Assembly (NCBI GenBank): GCA_040954595.2 | Contig: CM082582.2 | Coordinates: forward strand, 4,510,303-4,574,302 | Source: Balanoglossus misakiensis | Taxonomy: Eukaryota; Animalia; Hemichordata | Reading direction: 5' to 3' | DNA length: 64,000 nucleotides | In this document: positions 39,701-53,538 of the stretch, one piece after another | Layout of the letters: every line of letters begins with the position of its first letter | How positions within the stretch are numbered: the stretch's first letter is position 1 | The notes under the pieces: generated by a model | Seen by the model: only the letters and a program-made list of their open reading frames with translations | Told to the model about the DNA's origin: nothing | The model's database searches: none | Made by a program: the position numbers and the translations under genes

Positions 39701-40733
39701 CTTATTATATTTTGGCAACATGACTGTTCCTCTGTTTCTCACTCCACGGTGTGAAGCATGCATAGTGTACTATGGTCGCCTGAATTCGTGTTGCGCGTTC
39801 CAAGAAATTGCTTCCGTGTTAGTGAGGTCGTGAGGGGCGGCTTGGGTGGCAATGACTATGTCAATCTGTGTTTATATTCGGAAACAGCCTGCCGATGTCA
39901 ATCGAGCATCTTCTCCCGCCAAGGTCTTGCTCTCAGAAAAAATAGTTCGTTAGAGAGACTGTGGTCGAGCCAAGGTAGACACTGGTCGAGCCGACAACCC
40001 GTGCGAGCGGACGATGTAAATTGAGCTGGTTGAGGGATTCACCAGAGAGAGCGTTTTACGAATGATTCAGCAAATTGGTGTTCGTCATATTGCTGGTCCG
40101 TGTATATGCATTGGGCACAAATGAATGCATAATTAGTCATTACCTCTTTCGGCGCGACGTTGGCGGTACCAGCTTATTTAAGTCTTCCGGGGAATAAGAG
40201 AGTGGTTTGCTGTAGGAATTCGCTCACTTAGGAATCGCAGTCGGACTCGAACGTACGTGTCTCTGTGGCTGGCCAATTCAAGCGATCGAAGTTTTGCAGG
40301 CAAGGTAATGTCCCAGTATATGTTATATTACCACTTGTTTCGACGGGAAACAAATATCAACGACTATATACATACAAATGTAAACTCCTTGAAATTTGTA
40401 CAAAAATATATCATTTCACTGAGACTTTTAAAACGTGGCAAAAATGACTCTAAAGTTTATACCTGGTATTCTGTAATGTTTTCCACTGCAAAATAAAGTG
40501 CAAAGGTGTAACAACAATACATACTCAGTATACGTTTCCATCTCGTGCCTTCCACATCACAGTTAAACATTCACACGAATATCTACTGTTAAAATGTCAC
40601 TAATAATGTTGCTCAAAGTTAACTTAAATACTCGTCACATATAGTTGCCGCTTGAATTTTCAGGAGGAAAAAGTCGTTTTATTATTTTGTTAACAGTGAC
40701 TTTGTATTCTTTCTTCAGCTTGACGTCGCAACT

Positions 40734-43220
<2,487 letters not shown>

Positions 43221-44014
43221 TACAGGCTCTAACATTTCACCGGGGGATATATGACATATGGAATTATAGCATATTCTTTCTTATTGTTTGAGTGAATATA
43301 CGTTACGTTAGTTGTCTGCTATGAACTCTTCAATCGACTACACAATGAGGGCTATTACTGCAAAATATAAGTTATTTTGACCACAAGGGGCAGGCAAACC
43401 CTTTGGTTATGAATGGAGTAAATGCCAACATAGAGATATAGAATAAAGATATAAATCAAGCACAAAATGTAAATTACATTGAATGTATATCAGTGCTACA
43501 CTGCCACAAATATATCATAGTGATTAGATTGGGGGTCACGATTAAGATATCAGGGAATTATGTCTCTTCAAAATAGAATTCGTTTGCTGATGTGATATGA
43601 AACTTATTGTTGTGATTGTCTCCGAATTTGAGTGTGTGGGCGTTTTCGGACAGCGTTAACATGCTTGTTCTGGGACCCACTATGTATACGAGAAGCTATG
43701 TGAATTTTAAATCTTTCAAATTGGCAAAAATGCGGAATTCATCCTGATACCTCTTTTCGTGTCTGTCGGTACACGGGTAACTATTTTGTCTGCTTCATAC
43801 AACGTGACGTGATATTTATCCGATTCGACAATAAAATGACAGGGACTGAAAATGTAGAATAGTAATAAGGTATCTTGTAAAAAGAAAAACAGCGCTCCCA
43901 TGAAAAGAATTTGAAACTGATGTTTCCCCTCATCAGTGGGTATTAAAACTGAACATTGTTTTTATTTGTTAAGTACATATATTTGTATTCTGTGTTGGGA
44001 GAATTTGTAAACCG

Positions 44015-44506
44015 AGAATTGAAGGGGGTGGGTTTGGGAGGGGGTGTCCCCCTCCCACGTAAGAAAATTTTCTAAAATACAGAGCTCAAAGCTGCATTTT
44101 AAGGAACCCGGCAAAAGCAAATTAACTCAACTACCGGTTTGTTGGGGAGGACAAATTTAACCGTCGCCGAGCAAAGTTATCATGGGGTGGGGGCAAGTCC
44201 CCTGACCTGGGTCACTAGATAAACCAGTCAATGATTGAAAGGTGTTGATGAATTGAGGGGGTGGGTGTGGCAGGAGGTTTCCCCCTCCCACATTAGAAAA
44301 TTTTGTAAAATAAAGGGCGCGAAACTGCATTTTTGTGGACTCAAAATAAATATTTAGTCGTCAAAGTTTTCAAGTCCCCCCCCCCTTTCAGTCCCTAAAT
44401 TATTTCAAACCCCCCCCCCTCACATACCCTCAATTTTTTCAAACCCCCCCCCTTAATTCTCCTGCCCCCCCCCCCCCCCTCCAGAGGTGTTTGTGAATGC
44501 AGTCTT
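44015..44506. mobile_element. partial Harbinger-type MITE related to 6092-7042
   Basis: 44280-44347 is the near reverse complement of 6233-6297. G/C homopolymer tracts. Only one TIR-like end is seen (~44487-44506). Confidence 0.55.
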
Positions 44507-44731
44507 AGAAGGGGTTCATTACATCAATTTGTGACAAAGAAGAGAAGATACACAGTTCACATCGTGCGTTTCATGATGTTTATTACTTTCCGTACTCGGA
44601 CCTTGTAGAACCAGCAACCGGATACGACACCACCGTCGGCTCGTGGGAGTTCTACCAATTATAATATATAAGTATAAGAACAACAGATAAACGCCTTATC
44701 GATATTGAGGCTTTTACATCCGCGGAAGACG

Positions 44732-46624
44732 ATGTCTGCGTGCAAACAGCTAACGGGCAACATACACGATCGACGTCCGGAACTATCCAGTCTGTTGCTG
44801 CAAGTATTGAAAGGTGCTGACAGGGATCATTTGAGTGACATGAATAGCGGTAAACATGTAAAGCTCTATCGCAGACTGGTCTCCATACAACCGAACCATC
44901 ACGAGGTGTCTCACGGTGTATATGTCCTACTCAGTTTAGCATTGAGGCGTGACATGCACCATGAACTAGAATTGATAAGTTACATATGCTCGGAATGGTT
45001 ACGGTTGTATAAGGTAAAGGTATCAGCCAACACCCTTCACAACATGTACCATCGTGTTATTGAAACCGTTGCCAAGAGTAATTTGGCGGATGCGACGTTG
45101 TGTACCAGTGTAAGACCCACAGAATCGTGCGACGGTGAAGCTGTGGCATATTTTATACTTCGGTCATTGTACGCACTTGTGGAAGTACCAGCAGGTATGA
45201 TGCTTGACTCGCTCAAAACTGGTAAGGAGCAACTGTGGCATCGCAAGGCGTGTACGATATGTAGTCAATTGTAGGTCTTTGTGTTGCGCCATCGACGGAA
45301 AGAGCAAACATTATGTGATGCGACTATTGGTGATGTCTACACAACCCGTCGATAGCCTGTCCGGCAATATAAAATCAGTAGACGTCCATCACATTTGATC
45401 ATTCAGCCCATGCAATCGGACATGACAACTCTGTCGGAAAACACCAATAAGGTCGTGCCAGTAGTAAATGTTATTCCAATCGAGGCAAGTGCAAGCAAGA
45501 CAGATTGCTGTCAAATGACGAACGAGGGCTTGAACACAAAAGCAGTGTACGATTTGTTTCCAGATTTTTCAGATGAAGACTCATGCATGGAATTCGCTCG
45601 ATTATCCTGCAGTTTGGACGACGACGTATTCACCGAAACACAAATTGGATCAATGTCAGGCGTTTCAGAGAAGCTTAGTGACAAGACACCAGCGGTGATA
45701 AAAGACAACGCGTGTACCAAGACGCAGCAACGTCCATCATCGATTGATCTGCAGTCACCCTTCTCAACTTGGAATATCAGTCCCATGTCTGGTATCGATT
45801 CCGCACCGGGTAGATTTTACTACATGCGTTTGGGATCCATCTCCGATGCCGAAGAAAGTGATACTGGAGTCATCGACAAGGTATCGGACTGCTCCGAGCC
45901 TATGCACAACACACTGCCACATTTTCCATCATCTCCTATCGACATCCCATTAACACCGGATGCCGTTAAGGATGACTCTGAGTCGATAGCCTTATCAAAC
46001 GGCAACACAAGGATGGGGGCTACAAACAAGTCAATGCTTCTTCCGCGTCATAACGAAGAAGGCGATAATCTTACTGCTTATGACATGATGTCAACGAGGC
46101 GTAAAAAGTCCACGAAGAATAAACCACGTGATTTGGACAAACATGAAACTCCCCCCCAAATGGAAGACCAACTGCCAGCCAAATTATCTACGCCGCGTTC
46201 AAGGTCTAAGAAGACTAAGCCACCTGGTCGGAAAAAGCGTGAAACTTCCCCCCACACGGAAGACCAACTGCCAGCCAAATTATCTACGCCGCGTTCAAGG
46301 TCTAAGAAGACTAAGCCACCTGGTCGGAAAAAGTGTGAAACTTCCCCCCACACGGAAGACCAACTGCCAGCCAAATTATCTACGCCGCGTTCAAGGTCTA
46401 AGAAGGCTAAGCCACCTGGTCGGAAAAAGTGTGAAACTTCCCCCCACACGGAAGACCATCTGTCAGCCAAATTATCTACGCCGCGTTCAAGGTCTAAGAA
46501 GACTAAGCCACTTGGGCGGAAAAAGCGTGAAACTTCCCCCTACATGGACGAACAACTGCCAGCCAAAAAATCTAACAAAGCTTCGAAATCGAACAAGACT
46601 AAGTCGCACAGGGTGAACAAATAG
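44732..46624 (+). pseudogene. ~630-codon orphan gene with a basic repeat C-terminus, interrupted by two in-frame TAG codons
   Basis: ORFs 44705-45274 and 45395-46624 are in the same frame, separated only by TAG at 45272 and 45353. They could instead be two genes. Confidence 0.55.
46145..46567 (+). repeat. 96-bp coding tandem repeat, ~4.4 copies
   Basis: ETSPHTEDQLPAKLSTPRSRSKKTKPPGRKKR; units start at 46145, 46241, 46337, 46433 and 46529. Confidence 0.95.
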
Positions 46625-46824
46625 GACCATTGAATCGAACGAATTAAATGCATAAAATAACCATTGTTCCGTATAACATACTATTAATTGTACCGATATG
46701 TCGTTTCACCGACACTGGTTATAGTCTAACGTTTTTAGTTTGAATGTATGAACGTTCTACTATACGCATGGGTTGTAGTGCTGTTCGTGAACCTGTCAAT
46801 TATTGCGAATAAAGTGTTCTGATA

Positions 46825-47886
46825 TTAAATATACATTGACTCGTAATTCTGTTGCATGTTCAGATCTATCTTTGGTGGTCTTGCTTGTACATCTGTAGAG
46901 AATTCATAATTCAAGCAGAACGATCCAACTTGTTTTGTAAAACAAGGTGTCTCTAACCCTCTCTTCCCTATTCCAACATAGCCCATACTCTTACACTGAC
47001 TGAATATATTATCGTCGCTAGAGTAACTGAGAGCTGGATATGCGTAATTAAACGCAGGGTTGCCTCCATTCGACCTCATTCCTACCACATAATGTAATTT
47101 AGATCCCGAATATGTGATTCCGTCTGTTCCGCCACTCGACCATTTAGCATTTGGTACTGGTGTAATGTCTGTCACGCCAGAATACATACACGTAATTAAA
47201 GGAATATGCCATCCGTGAAAGACTTCTTGACCATTGAATGACTTCATGAAACCAATGGGACTGAAACAATTCGTAAACATTTCAGGTGAATCGATAAGAC
47301 TCAACACAAGTTCGATTGAATCCAGACCATAGTTTTCGTTGGCATACCTAATGTAGTCATCGTAATTAAACACCTCATTAGCTACAGTCTTCCAGTTTGA
47401 CCGTTCCCTTTCATCTGATGCCTTTTTAGTAATAATGTTTTGTAACCATTTCAATGGCATCGCCTTCTTAAATTCACCCCTTGGGCCACGAAATTGGTAC
47501 TTTGGGAAACCAACCGCTGACTGACCATAATTAAGAGTCACTTTCTCTGGGCCAGTATACAATAGCAAGAAATCGCCTCTGTTGAAAAAGTCTCCCAAGT
47601 CGTGGTTAAATGGTCTGTTAGTGCACGTGATATCGTGCGTGTATTCCCTGATTGTCTTATAATCAGGATTTACTTGATCTGCAAATAAGGGAGCTACTAA
47701 TGGACCGTCGGTTTGCGTGAATACATTGTGTAAATCCCATGGGTCGTGATAACTGGGCGTGTCGAACGGGGGATATAGCGTCGGATTTGGGACTGGGTTT
47801 ATTCTCGACCGTGTGACAACATCCCTATGGACACCTTGATAAGTAGGTTTCCTGTTAGGATATGGAAATAAATCAGCCAGTTCCAT
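46825..47886 (-). CDS. hypothetical protein, 353 aa
   Basis: Intronless ORF with ATG start, rich in P/Y/F/G/N; no recognised domain. Confidence 0.75.
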   Translation of the reverse strand: MELADLFPYPNRKPTYQGVHRDVVTRSRINPVPNPTLYPPFDTPSYHDPWDLHNVFTQTDGPLVAPLFADQVNPDYKTIREYTHDITCTNRPFNHDLGDFFNRGDFLLLYTGPEKVTLNYGQSAVGFPKYQFRGPRGEFKKAMPLKWLQNIITKKASDERERSNWKTVANEVFNYDDYIRYANENYGLDSIELVLSLIDSPEMFTNCFSPIGFMKSFNGQEVFHGWHIPLITCMYSGVTDITPVPNAKWSSGGTDGITYSGSKLHYVVGMRSNGGNPAFNYAYPALSYSSDDNIFSQCKSMGYVGIGKRGLETPCFTKQVGSFCLNYEFSTDVQARPPKIDLNMQQNYESMYI

Positions 47887-48030
47887 TTCGTGTAATAATT
47901 GTGCAATGCACCAACTTGTTTAATATGTATCTTTATGTTTGTTGCACTCGGATGTAAAAAAAAGTCCACTCATTACACTTCTTACATACTGCATTCTAAC
48001 GCGCACACTGCGTGTGTTTATGGTCACGTC

Positions 48031-48284
48031 GCATTTAATTCATCATTATATTAATTGTAGTTGACAAAAGGACTTGAATAAAAAACAAATACGCTCATGA
48101 CGTATCCTTACATACCAGACTCTAATGCATATGCTATGTTTGAGCGCGTACATGACGCATTTAATTCATCATTATATTAATTGTAGTTGTCAAAAGGAAT
48201 TTAATAAAAAAAACAAATACGCTCATGACATTTCCTTACATACCAGACTCTAACGCATATGCTATGTTTGAGCGCGTACATGAC
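48031..48284. repeat. ~126-bp tandem duplication
   Basis: GCATTTAATTCATCATTATATTAATTGTAG...GCGCGTACATGAC at 48031 and 48157. Confidence 0.92.
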
Positions 48285-48370
48285 ATATTGAAATCCGTCT
48301 AATTCAACGCACATCGTAACGATATCAGTTCGTATCAAGACGAATAATTGTTCTTTAGTTCCTGTCTCTT

Positions 48371-48763
48371 CTATCTAACCATTTTCATATGGATAGGTTC
48401 CACTCCCGATCGCCCTTCATATCGAGCACATATAGCACTGTCTTGTAAGAGTCTGATCGTATACATCTCGGCTGCCATCTGAAGACTGTCAAAAGCTTGT
48501 CGAGTAAATTTGATCTCTTTTGAATGATTTCTGCGAACGATCTCTCTAACTATAGATTTGAAAACCGGTTCGTCGATGACGAATGGATGTCCTGTATAAA
48601 AATAATAACAGTGAATATTGAACGAGTATCACGGCCGCTAAAGTTATTGTGAATTAAGCGTCAGTTCATGCCGGAGTTATTGAGTGTACATACCGATGGT
48701 CGGTGAACGATTCTCTTTGATTGAACATCTTTGCTTGTACGGTGAAAACGCTTTCCCCCGCAT
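48371..48763 (-). CDS. divergent histone H3-like protein, 96 aa; exons 48763-48694 and 48591-48371
   Basis: MRGKAFSPYKQRCSIKENRSPTIG/HPFVIDEPVFKSIVREIVRRNHSKEIKFTRQAFDSLQMAAEMYTIRLLQDSAICARYEGRSGVEPIHMKMVR aligns with the H3 fold ([57 protein letters not shown]). Phase-1 GTATGT..TACAG intron. Confidence 0.8.
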
Positions 48764-48916
48764 GATGATACGTCTTTTGAGAAGTCTGAACCCGAACTGT
48801 CCTTGATAGACGATACTAAGAACTATATACAAGAGTTATGTCACGTGGTAATAGACATCGATATGAATGTACTAATTTAACTGCTTCACATGACAAGCTA
48901 TGCATTGTGTAGACCG

Positions 48917-49113
48917 ACATCATGACTACTTACTCCGACCTGTGATGCCAAACTGTAGTTCCCATGTTTTATCACCGCATACTGCACGTCCTGGCGTCCT
49001 CACATCAGCATATGTGCGACTTTACACTTTGAAATCATGACATCGTGATTACTTACTCCAACATGTGATGCCATACTATATTTCCCATGTTTTATCACCG
49101 CATACTGCACGTC
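48917..49113. repeat. imperfect direct repeat (~74 bp, period ~123 bp) in the divergent promoter region
   Basis: TACTTACTCC..TGTGATGCCA..TTCCCATGTTTTATCACCGCATACTGCACGTC occurs twice. Confidence 0.85.
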
Positions 49114-49242
49114 GTTCTTAGACTATTTCATGATGCCACCGATGCGACTTCACGCGCTTATATATATGTGTGTACACACACACGACCGCATACCCATCTT
49201 GTTCACATCGCCAATAACCGAGAAGTCCACTCAAGTGTTGAC

Positions 49243-50862
49243 ATGGCCGAACTATTCAGTGTTTCAATAAGGAGGCCGGTCAGTATCATTTTGTAATACC
49301 TTTTCCGTATTTTTACATCTTCGGGTGGCATAACCCCCACCTTTTATTTCTTTACTTAGGTGAGTATGTGGCATTTGAGACACGTAAATAAGGACGCGAA
49401 ATGTAAAGCTATGGGAATAGCCAAGAAATTAGAGACAGCGCCCACTAGCGGCCGAAAAACAATGTCGAAAGGTGAGTATCGCGCGTTCGTCAGATATGCG
49501 TTATATTTAATGGTTTTGCGTTTCTGTGCGGTCGTTGATGACCGAGCCAATGATCCGTGTAAAATCAGCACCCATACTTCGAGATATCGGTGGTTTCTTG
49601 AACCATTGTATTTTATTCCGGTTTCAGGCACGAACATCGTTCTACACAATTCAGTACAGTGTTCACAGCCCTTACCCGAAACCTCTCACGTATTGGACGC
49701 CTTGACTAGAGTACATTGTGTGATTGAAGGCTGTTACAACCCAAGTGCCAGAATAGTCAGCACCGATAATGTACACGGTCTAATGCACGCTGTGCAGATG
49801 GCATACAGAAAAAGCTATCCGTTGGTTTTGAGTCCAGATATTGTGTGGTTGTGTATTTCACAAGGATTTATGCAACACATGTGCTCCGACGACCGTTTGT
49901 ACCGCCTACTAATCAAAACTCACGAGAATACAAGCGTTGAATCTACCATGTCCCACCTCGACGACAAGTCAGAATTTGGGGAATGGAAAACTGCGTTAAT
50001 CGACTTGTCAAACCATGTTCGCGAAACCCTAGGAGAGTGTAATTACGGAATGATGACACCAGACTTTACCACAACCACCCTACAAGATAAAATTGTAGGA
50101 GATTTGACAGTGTCTGCCCAAGTGGACCCGAAGTTTTCGTATTTGCTGCAACCAGGTGAAGTAAAAAATCAGCGTCCTTTGACTTCGAATGGAATTCCCT
50201 CTATTTTTTTAGAAGGCTGCCTAGATGATTGGACGGCGATCCGGCGTAATACTGTCAAATTGGGGTGTTATGATCTGAACTGGTGGACCGATGGTGTGGT
50301 AAAAATTCTTGACAAATTTATAAAGGCGAAAGAAGGAGTGATCGACAGAGAATTCTGGTCAGGCATATATGAGGCAAGTATTGTAAAGGAGATTGCATGA
50401 ATTATTGTATTTACCCCTCTTAGTTGTTTCGAGTATCAATTATTTTGAACCATGTATATGTATTCCGCGGTTACAATCATAACACGTTTGTGTTTTGGGG
50501 GTTTTCTGTGGGGTGGGGGGTGGGGGTGGAATACCATCCCTTATACATCGTCTCTTTCGCTCTCTCATTATCAGATGGTTGAGTACCCATGTGGCCCATG
50601 TATCACCGGGTGGATCGTCGACCTGTTTCCGTATTTCATGTACAAACAGGACCGAGAATCAACAATACTGGCGGACTCTTTTCCATCTGGTCTGTCGATA
50701 AACCCTTTCAACGTGGGACAATCCGCAGAAGTCTCGAAACTGGCGCTTGTAAGCGGGTTCATGGGAGTATCTCAAGACGCTGATACACTAGCTCTCAGAC
50801 CGGAATTGGGATGGGTCGTTCTCAACCACAACAAGAACAACGGCTCACCGACCAAGATATAA
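49243..50862 (+). CDS. DUF4419-family protein; predicted exons 49243-49278, 49360-49471, 49628-50373, 50575-50862
   Basis: HGLMHAVQMAY..PLVLSPDIVWLCISQGF, PDFTTTT, GIPSIFLEGCLDDW, FWSGIY, GPCITGWI, FPSGLS and LVSGFMG follow the DUF4419 pattern. Splice sites are phase-compatible; the last donor is probably GCAAGT. Confidence 0.75.
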
Positions 50863-51144
50863 CAGTTGATATTGTAAAATATGTTTGAAATCATTCGTTA
50901 TACAGAGAATAAAATAGAGTCAATGCGCGTGCGTAGGTTTGACAAGAGAACATTGTTACCTGTATGCATGGAGAGCGTCCAAAAGTATGAGGCTCCCATT
51001 TCTTAGACATGGCGAAATATGGCCACCTTGAAAGTGTTTGTTAAAACGTTATACAATTTTAGAAGGAAATATATCACACTTGACACAATAACTTCTGTCC
51101 GCGTATTTATTTATTTATTTAGTAAAATACAAGTTCTTTTATAT

Positions 51145-52533
51145 TTACTGGGTGAACATATGAGGATGAATATTACGCTTTATGGCAGAATCTCTGTTTT
51201 CTCCGTGTTTATTTTTCTCTTCTTTGGGAGTGGACTGACTGGAATCTATGTCGGTCTCTTGTGAAGTTTCGGTGTGTATAAGGTGTCTCGTATTCCCAAT
51301 CATTTCGATGTCCGGAGGTAACCTCCCCCGGTTATTCGCAATAGCATACGCGGTAGAAGTTGATGAAGGTACATACCCACCATGGAACGCGAGCAGTAAT
51401 CCGTGATATACAGTCAATATGGCCGCTCGGATCACCCACGCTGTATACAATATTTTCCCCCATAAAGGTCCGACACTGTTTATAGGACAGTGCCTTGCAT
51501 CTCTTCCAGCTAAATTTGAAGAAAGTATACTTTGTATACACTTGTCTTCAGAGACAATGTCATGTACACTGTAACATTTCGGGAACGCAGGTATCCCATC
51601 GTTTACACATGGCCCGCTAATGAGAAAAATGCCATGTTTGAGTAAATCCAAGACAGCATATGCTACCGAGCTGAGGGCAAAAATATAAGCCACTACAGAC
51701 AGTACCCGGACAACGCAGGTGTCTTCCTGTTTACGATTGGACTCTCGATATAGCAAGACTTTACTCCCTTCTAAGTAATAACTCAATATACAGTTCACTA
51801 AAAATGCCATCGTTGGGGGCCATGTTATTAGCTCATATTTACCATAGGATGGTAGCAATTCGACAAACAAACAAGCTATCATAATTATCATTCCAAACAA
51901 ATACTTTGTAAAGGGAATATTCCCGTATACAAACGACTGATATTGTCTGTCGTATATGTGAAACTGCGTATCTGTAGTACATCGTTCTTGCCCGCGTGTA
52001 TGTATATGTATTAACAGTGGTAAAACTCCGCTTGGAACATATCTCAACAGACACATAATTATGTAATACATGGCTGCTGCTTCTCGTCCCAATCTCACGT
52101 CCGGACACCGTTCGTAGTCCACGTTGAATTTCAGAGGATTTTGTACAGACAGGAAGCGAGTACATTGAGCCAGTGACATATTTAGACATTGCACGTTCGT
52201 TCTCACATCCCGTTCGGCAGTGGAACAGTTAGCCAAGTGTTCCATTATATTAAACATCAGAGACACGTTTGCACAAACGAAAAGTAGAATACATGCCACC
52301 GAGGCCAATTTCGATAGTATCGTATGCACCATCACATCCCGTTTTTCGTGCGATTCACTAGCAAATTTAGAACACAAGTAATATACTATAGCCGGAAAGA
52401 TGACTTCATAGTCTACCAGTGAATATATGTCCGTTTGAAAGAGAATTTCTACTAACCACGTTAAGAGTAGGCACAATACAATGATAGTGGCCCAAAATTG
52501 GTCTTTCATTATTCCAATATCATACAATAACAT
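51145..52533 (-). CDS. multi-pass membrane protein, 462 aa
   Basis: About 8 hydrophobic segments and two Cys-rich loops; intronless. Confidence 0.75.
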   Translation of the reverse strand: MLLYDIGIMKDQFWATIIVLCLLLTWLVEILFQTDIYSLVDYEVIFPAIVYYLCSKFASESHEKRDVMVHTILSKLASVACILLFVCANVSLMFNIMEHLANCSTAERDVRTNVQCLNMSLAQCTRFLSVQNPLKFNVDYERCPDVRLGREAAAMYYIIMCLLRYVPSGVLPLLIHIHTRGQERCTTDTQFHIYDRQYQSFVYGNIPFTKYLFGMIIMIACLFVELLPSYGKYELITWPPTMAFLVNCILSYYLEGSKVLLYRESNRKQEDTCVVRVLSVVAYIFALSSVAYAVLDLLKHGIFLISGPCVNDGIPAFPKCYSVHDIVSEDKCIQSILSSNLAGRDARHCPINSVGPLWGKILYTAWVIRAAILTVYHGLLLAFHGGYVPSSTSTAYAIANNRGRLPPDIEMIGNTRHLIHTETSQETDIDSSQSTPKEEKNKHGENRDSAIKRNIHPHMFTQ

Positions 52534-52593
52534 TTACGGGATCGAATGCACGCAAATACAAAATATATATATATGTTAAGTTTTTTAGGGTCC

Positions 52594-53445
52594 TTATCGC
52601 CTGCAACTAGGAAACACAGGTATCTCAGTCATTAATTTACCGCGTCCGACACATACAAATGATCGGGTGTTTTTGAAAACAGCGTGACATCCTTTGTCGA
52701 ATTCTTCTGGAAACCTTGGGTCCCAACCAGCCTCCTTCAACATTCTGGTGAACGCAGACTCTGTTAATATTTGACTCAATTTGATAACTTTGGGTGATTC
52801 GGTCGGGTCTATTTTGTCTTTGAAACGTGTAAATAACCCCTTTTTACGCGATGACTCAAGTATCAATTTAGGCATTCCAGTCGACTGATACAATCTGATA
52901 TCACTATTCCTGACACACTTGCGGACACAATCGTCCATTTTACACCAATCTATATATTTGTCTTTGAATTCAACACGCTTAAACTGCACGGGGATACTGG
53001 TTGGAGGTACAGGTAGAGATATTTCACGACCGTCACCCCTCATTACCCAACGGAGCTGTTGCCAGTTGCATAACATGGTTACATAATACTGTTGTAAATC
53101 CACATATTGTTTCCCAAGCAGATCTATTGGTACATCACATTCTCTTATATCAACAAACACAGTTTTGTCATTAGTTGCACACCGAACAGGTATGTTTGCA
53201 TATGCGCACACGTATGGGTTCGGCAACTCCAAATCGTCGACAGATTGTTCATAGGAACCAAATCTCAAACAGTCTGTGCTACAGTCTAAAACCACTGTGA
53301 CCCGAGGTGGTAATTGATCGATATGCAATGAGAAAAAAGTGGATTCTTTGGCTGTGTCCATCTTTGTGACACCATGACCTAAAACATTAATACATTTGCT
53401 CACGTTCATCCATGTATTAACACATTCACACGTCGGTTGGTTCAT
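52594..53445 (-). CDS. hypothetical protein, 283 aa
   Basis: Intronless ATG ORF, 60 bp from its neighbour. Confidence 0.7.
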   Translation of the reverse strand: MNQPTCECVNTWMNVSKCINVLGHGVTKMDTAKESTFFSLHIDQLPPRVTVVLDCSTDCLRFGSYEQSVDDLELPNPYVCAYANIPVRCATNDKTVFVDIRECDVPIDLLGKQYVDLQQYYVTMLCNWQQLRWVMRGDGREISLPVPPTSIPVQFKRVEFKDKYIDWCKMDDCVRKCVRNSDIRLYQSTGMPKLILESSRKKGLFTRFKDKIDPTESPKVIKLSQILTESAFTRMLKEAGWDPRFPEEFDKGCHAVFKNTRSFVCVGRGKLMTEIPVFPSCRR

Positions 53446-53538
53446 CTACATTTATTTTACTCGTGCGAAACATTTGAAATCTAATTACTGACAAAACTGA
53501 GTGTAAAAAGGGTGTTACGTGTCTTGGTATAAGTTATA

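Noticed and set aside
36800-40700. Short ORFs between the Deltex and CYP genes
   Set aside because: No recognisable domains or consistent exon chain; probably intergenic, UTR or repeat-derived.
44500-44730. Defined left terminus of the viral element (telomeric repeats, TIR or TSD)
   Set aside because: No such structure could be seen; the boundary stays approximate.
46078-46616. Alternative-frame and antisense repeat ORFs
   Set aside because: By-products of the stop-poor 96-bp repeat.
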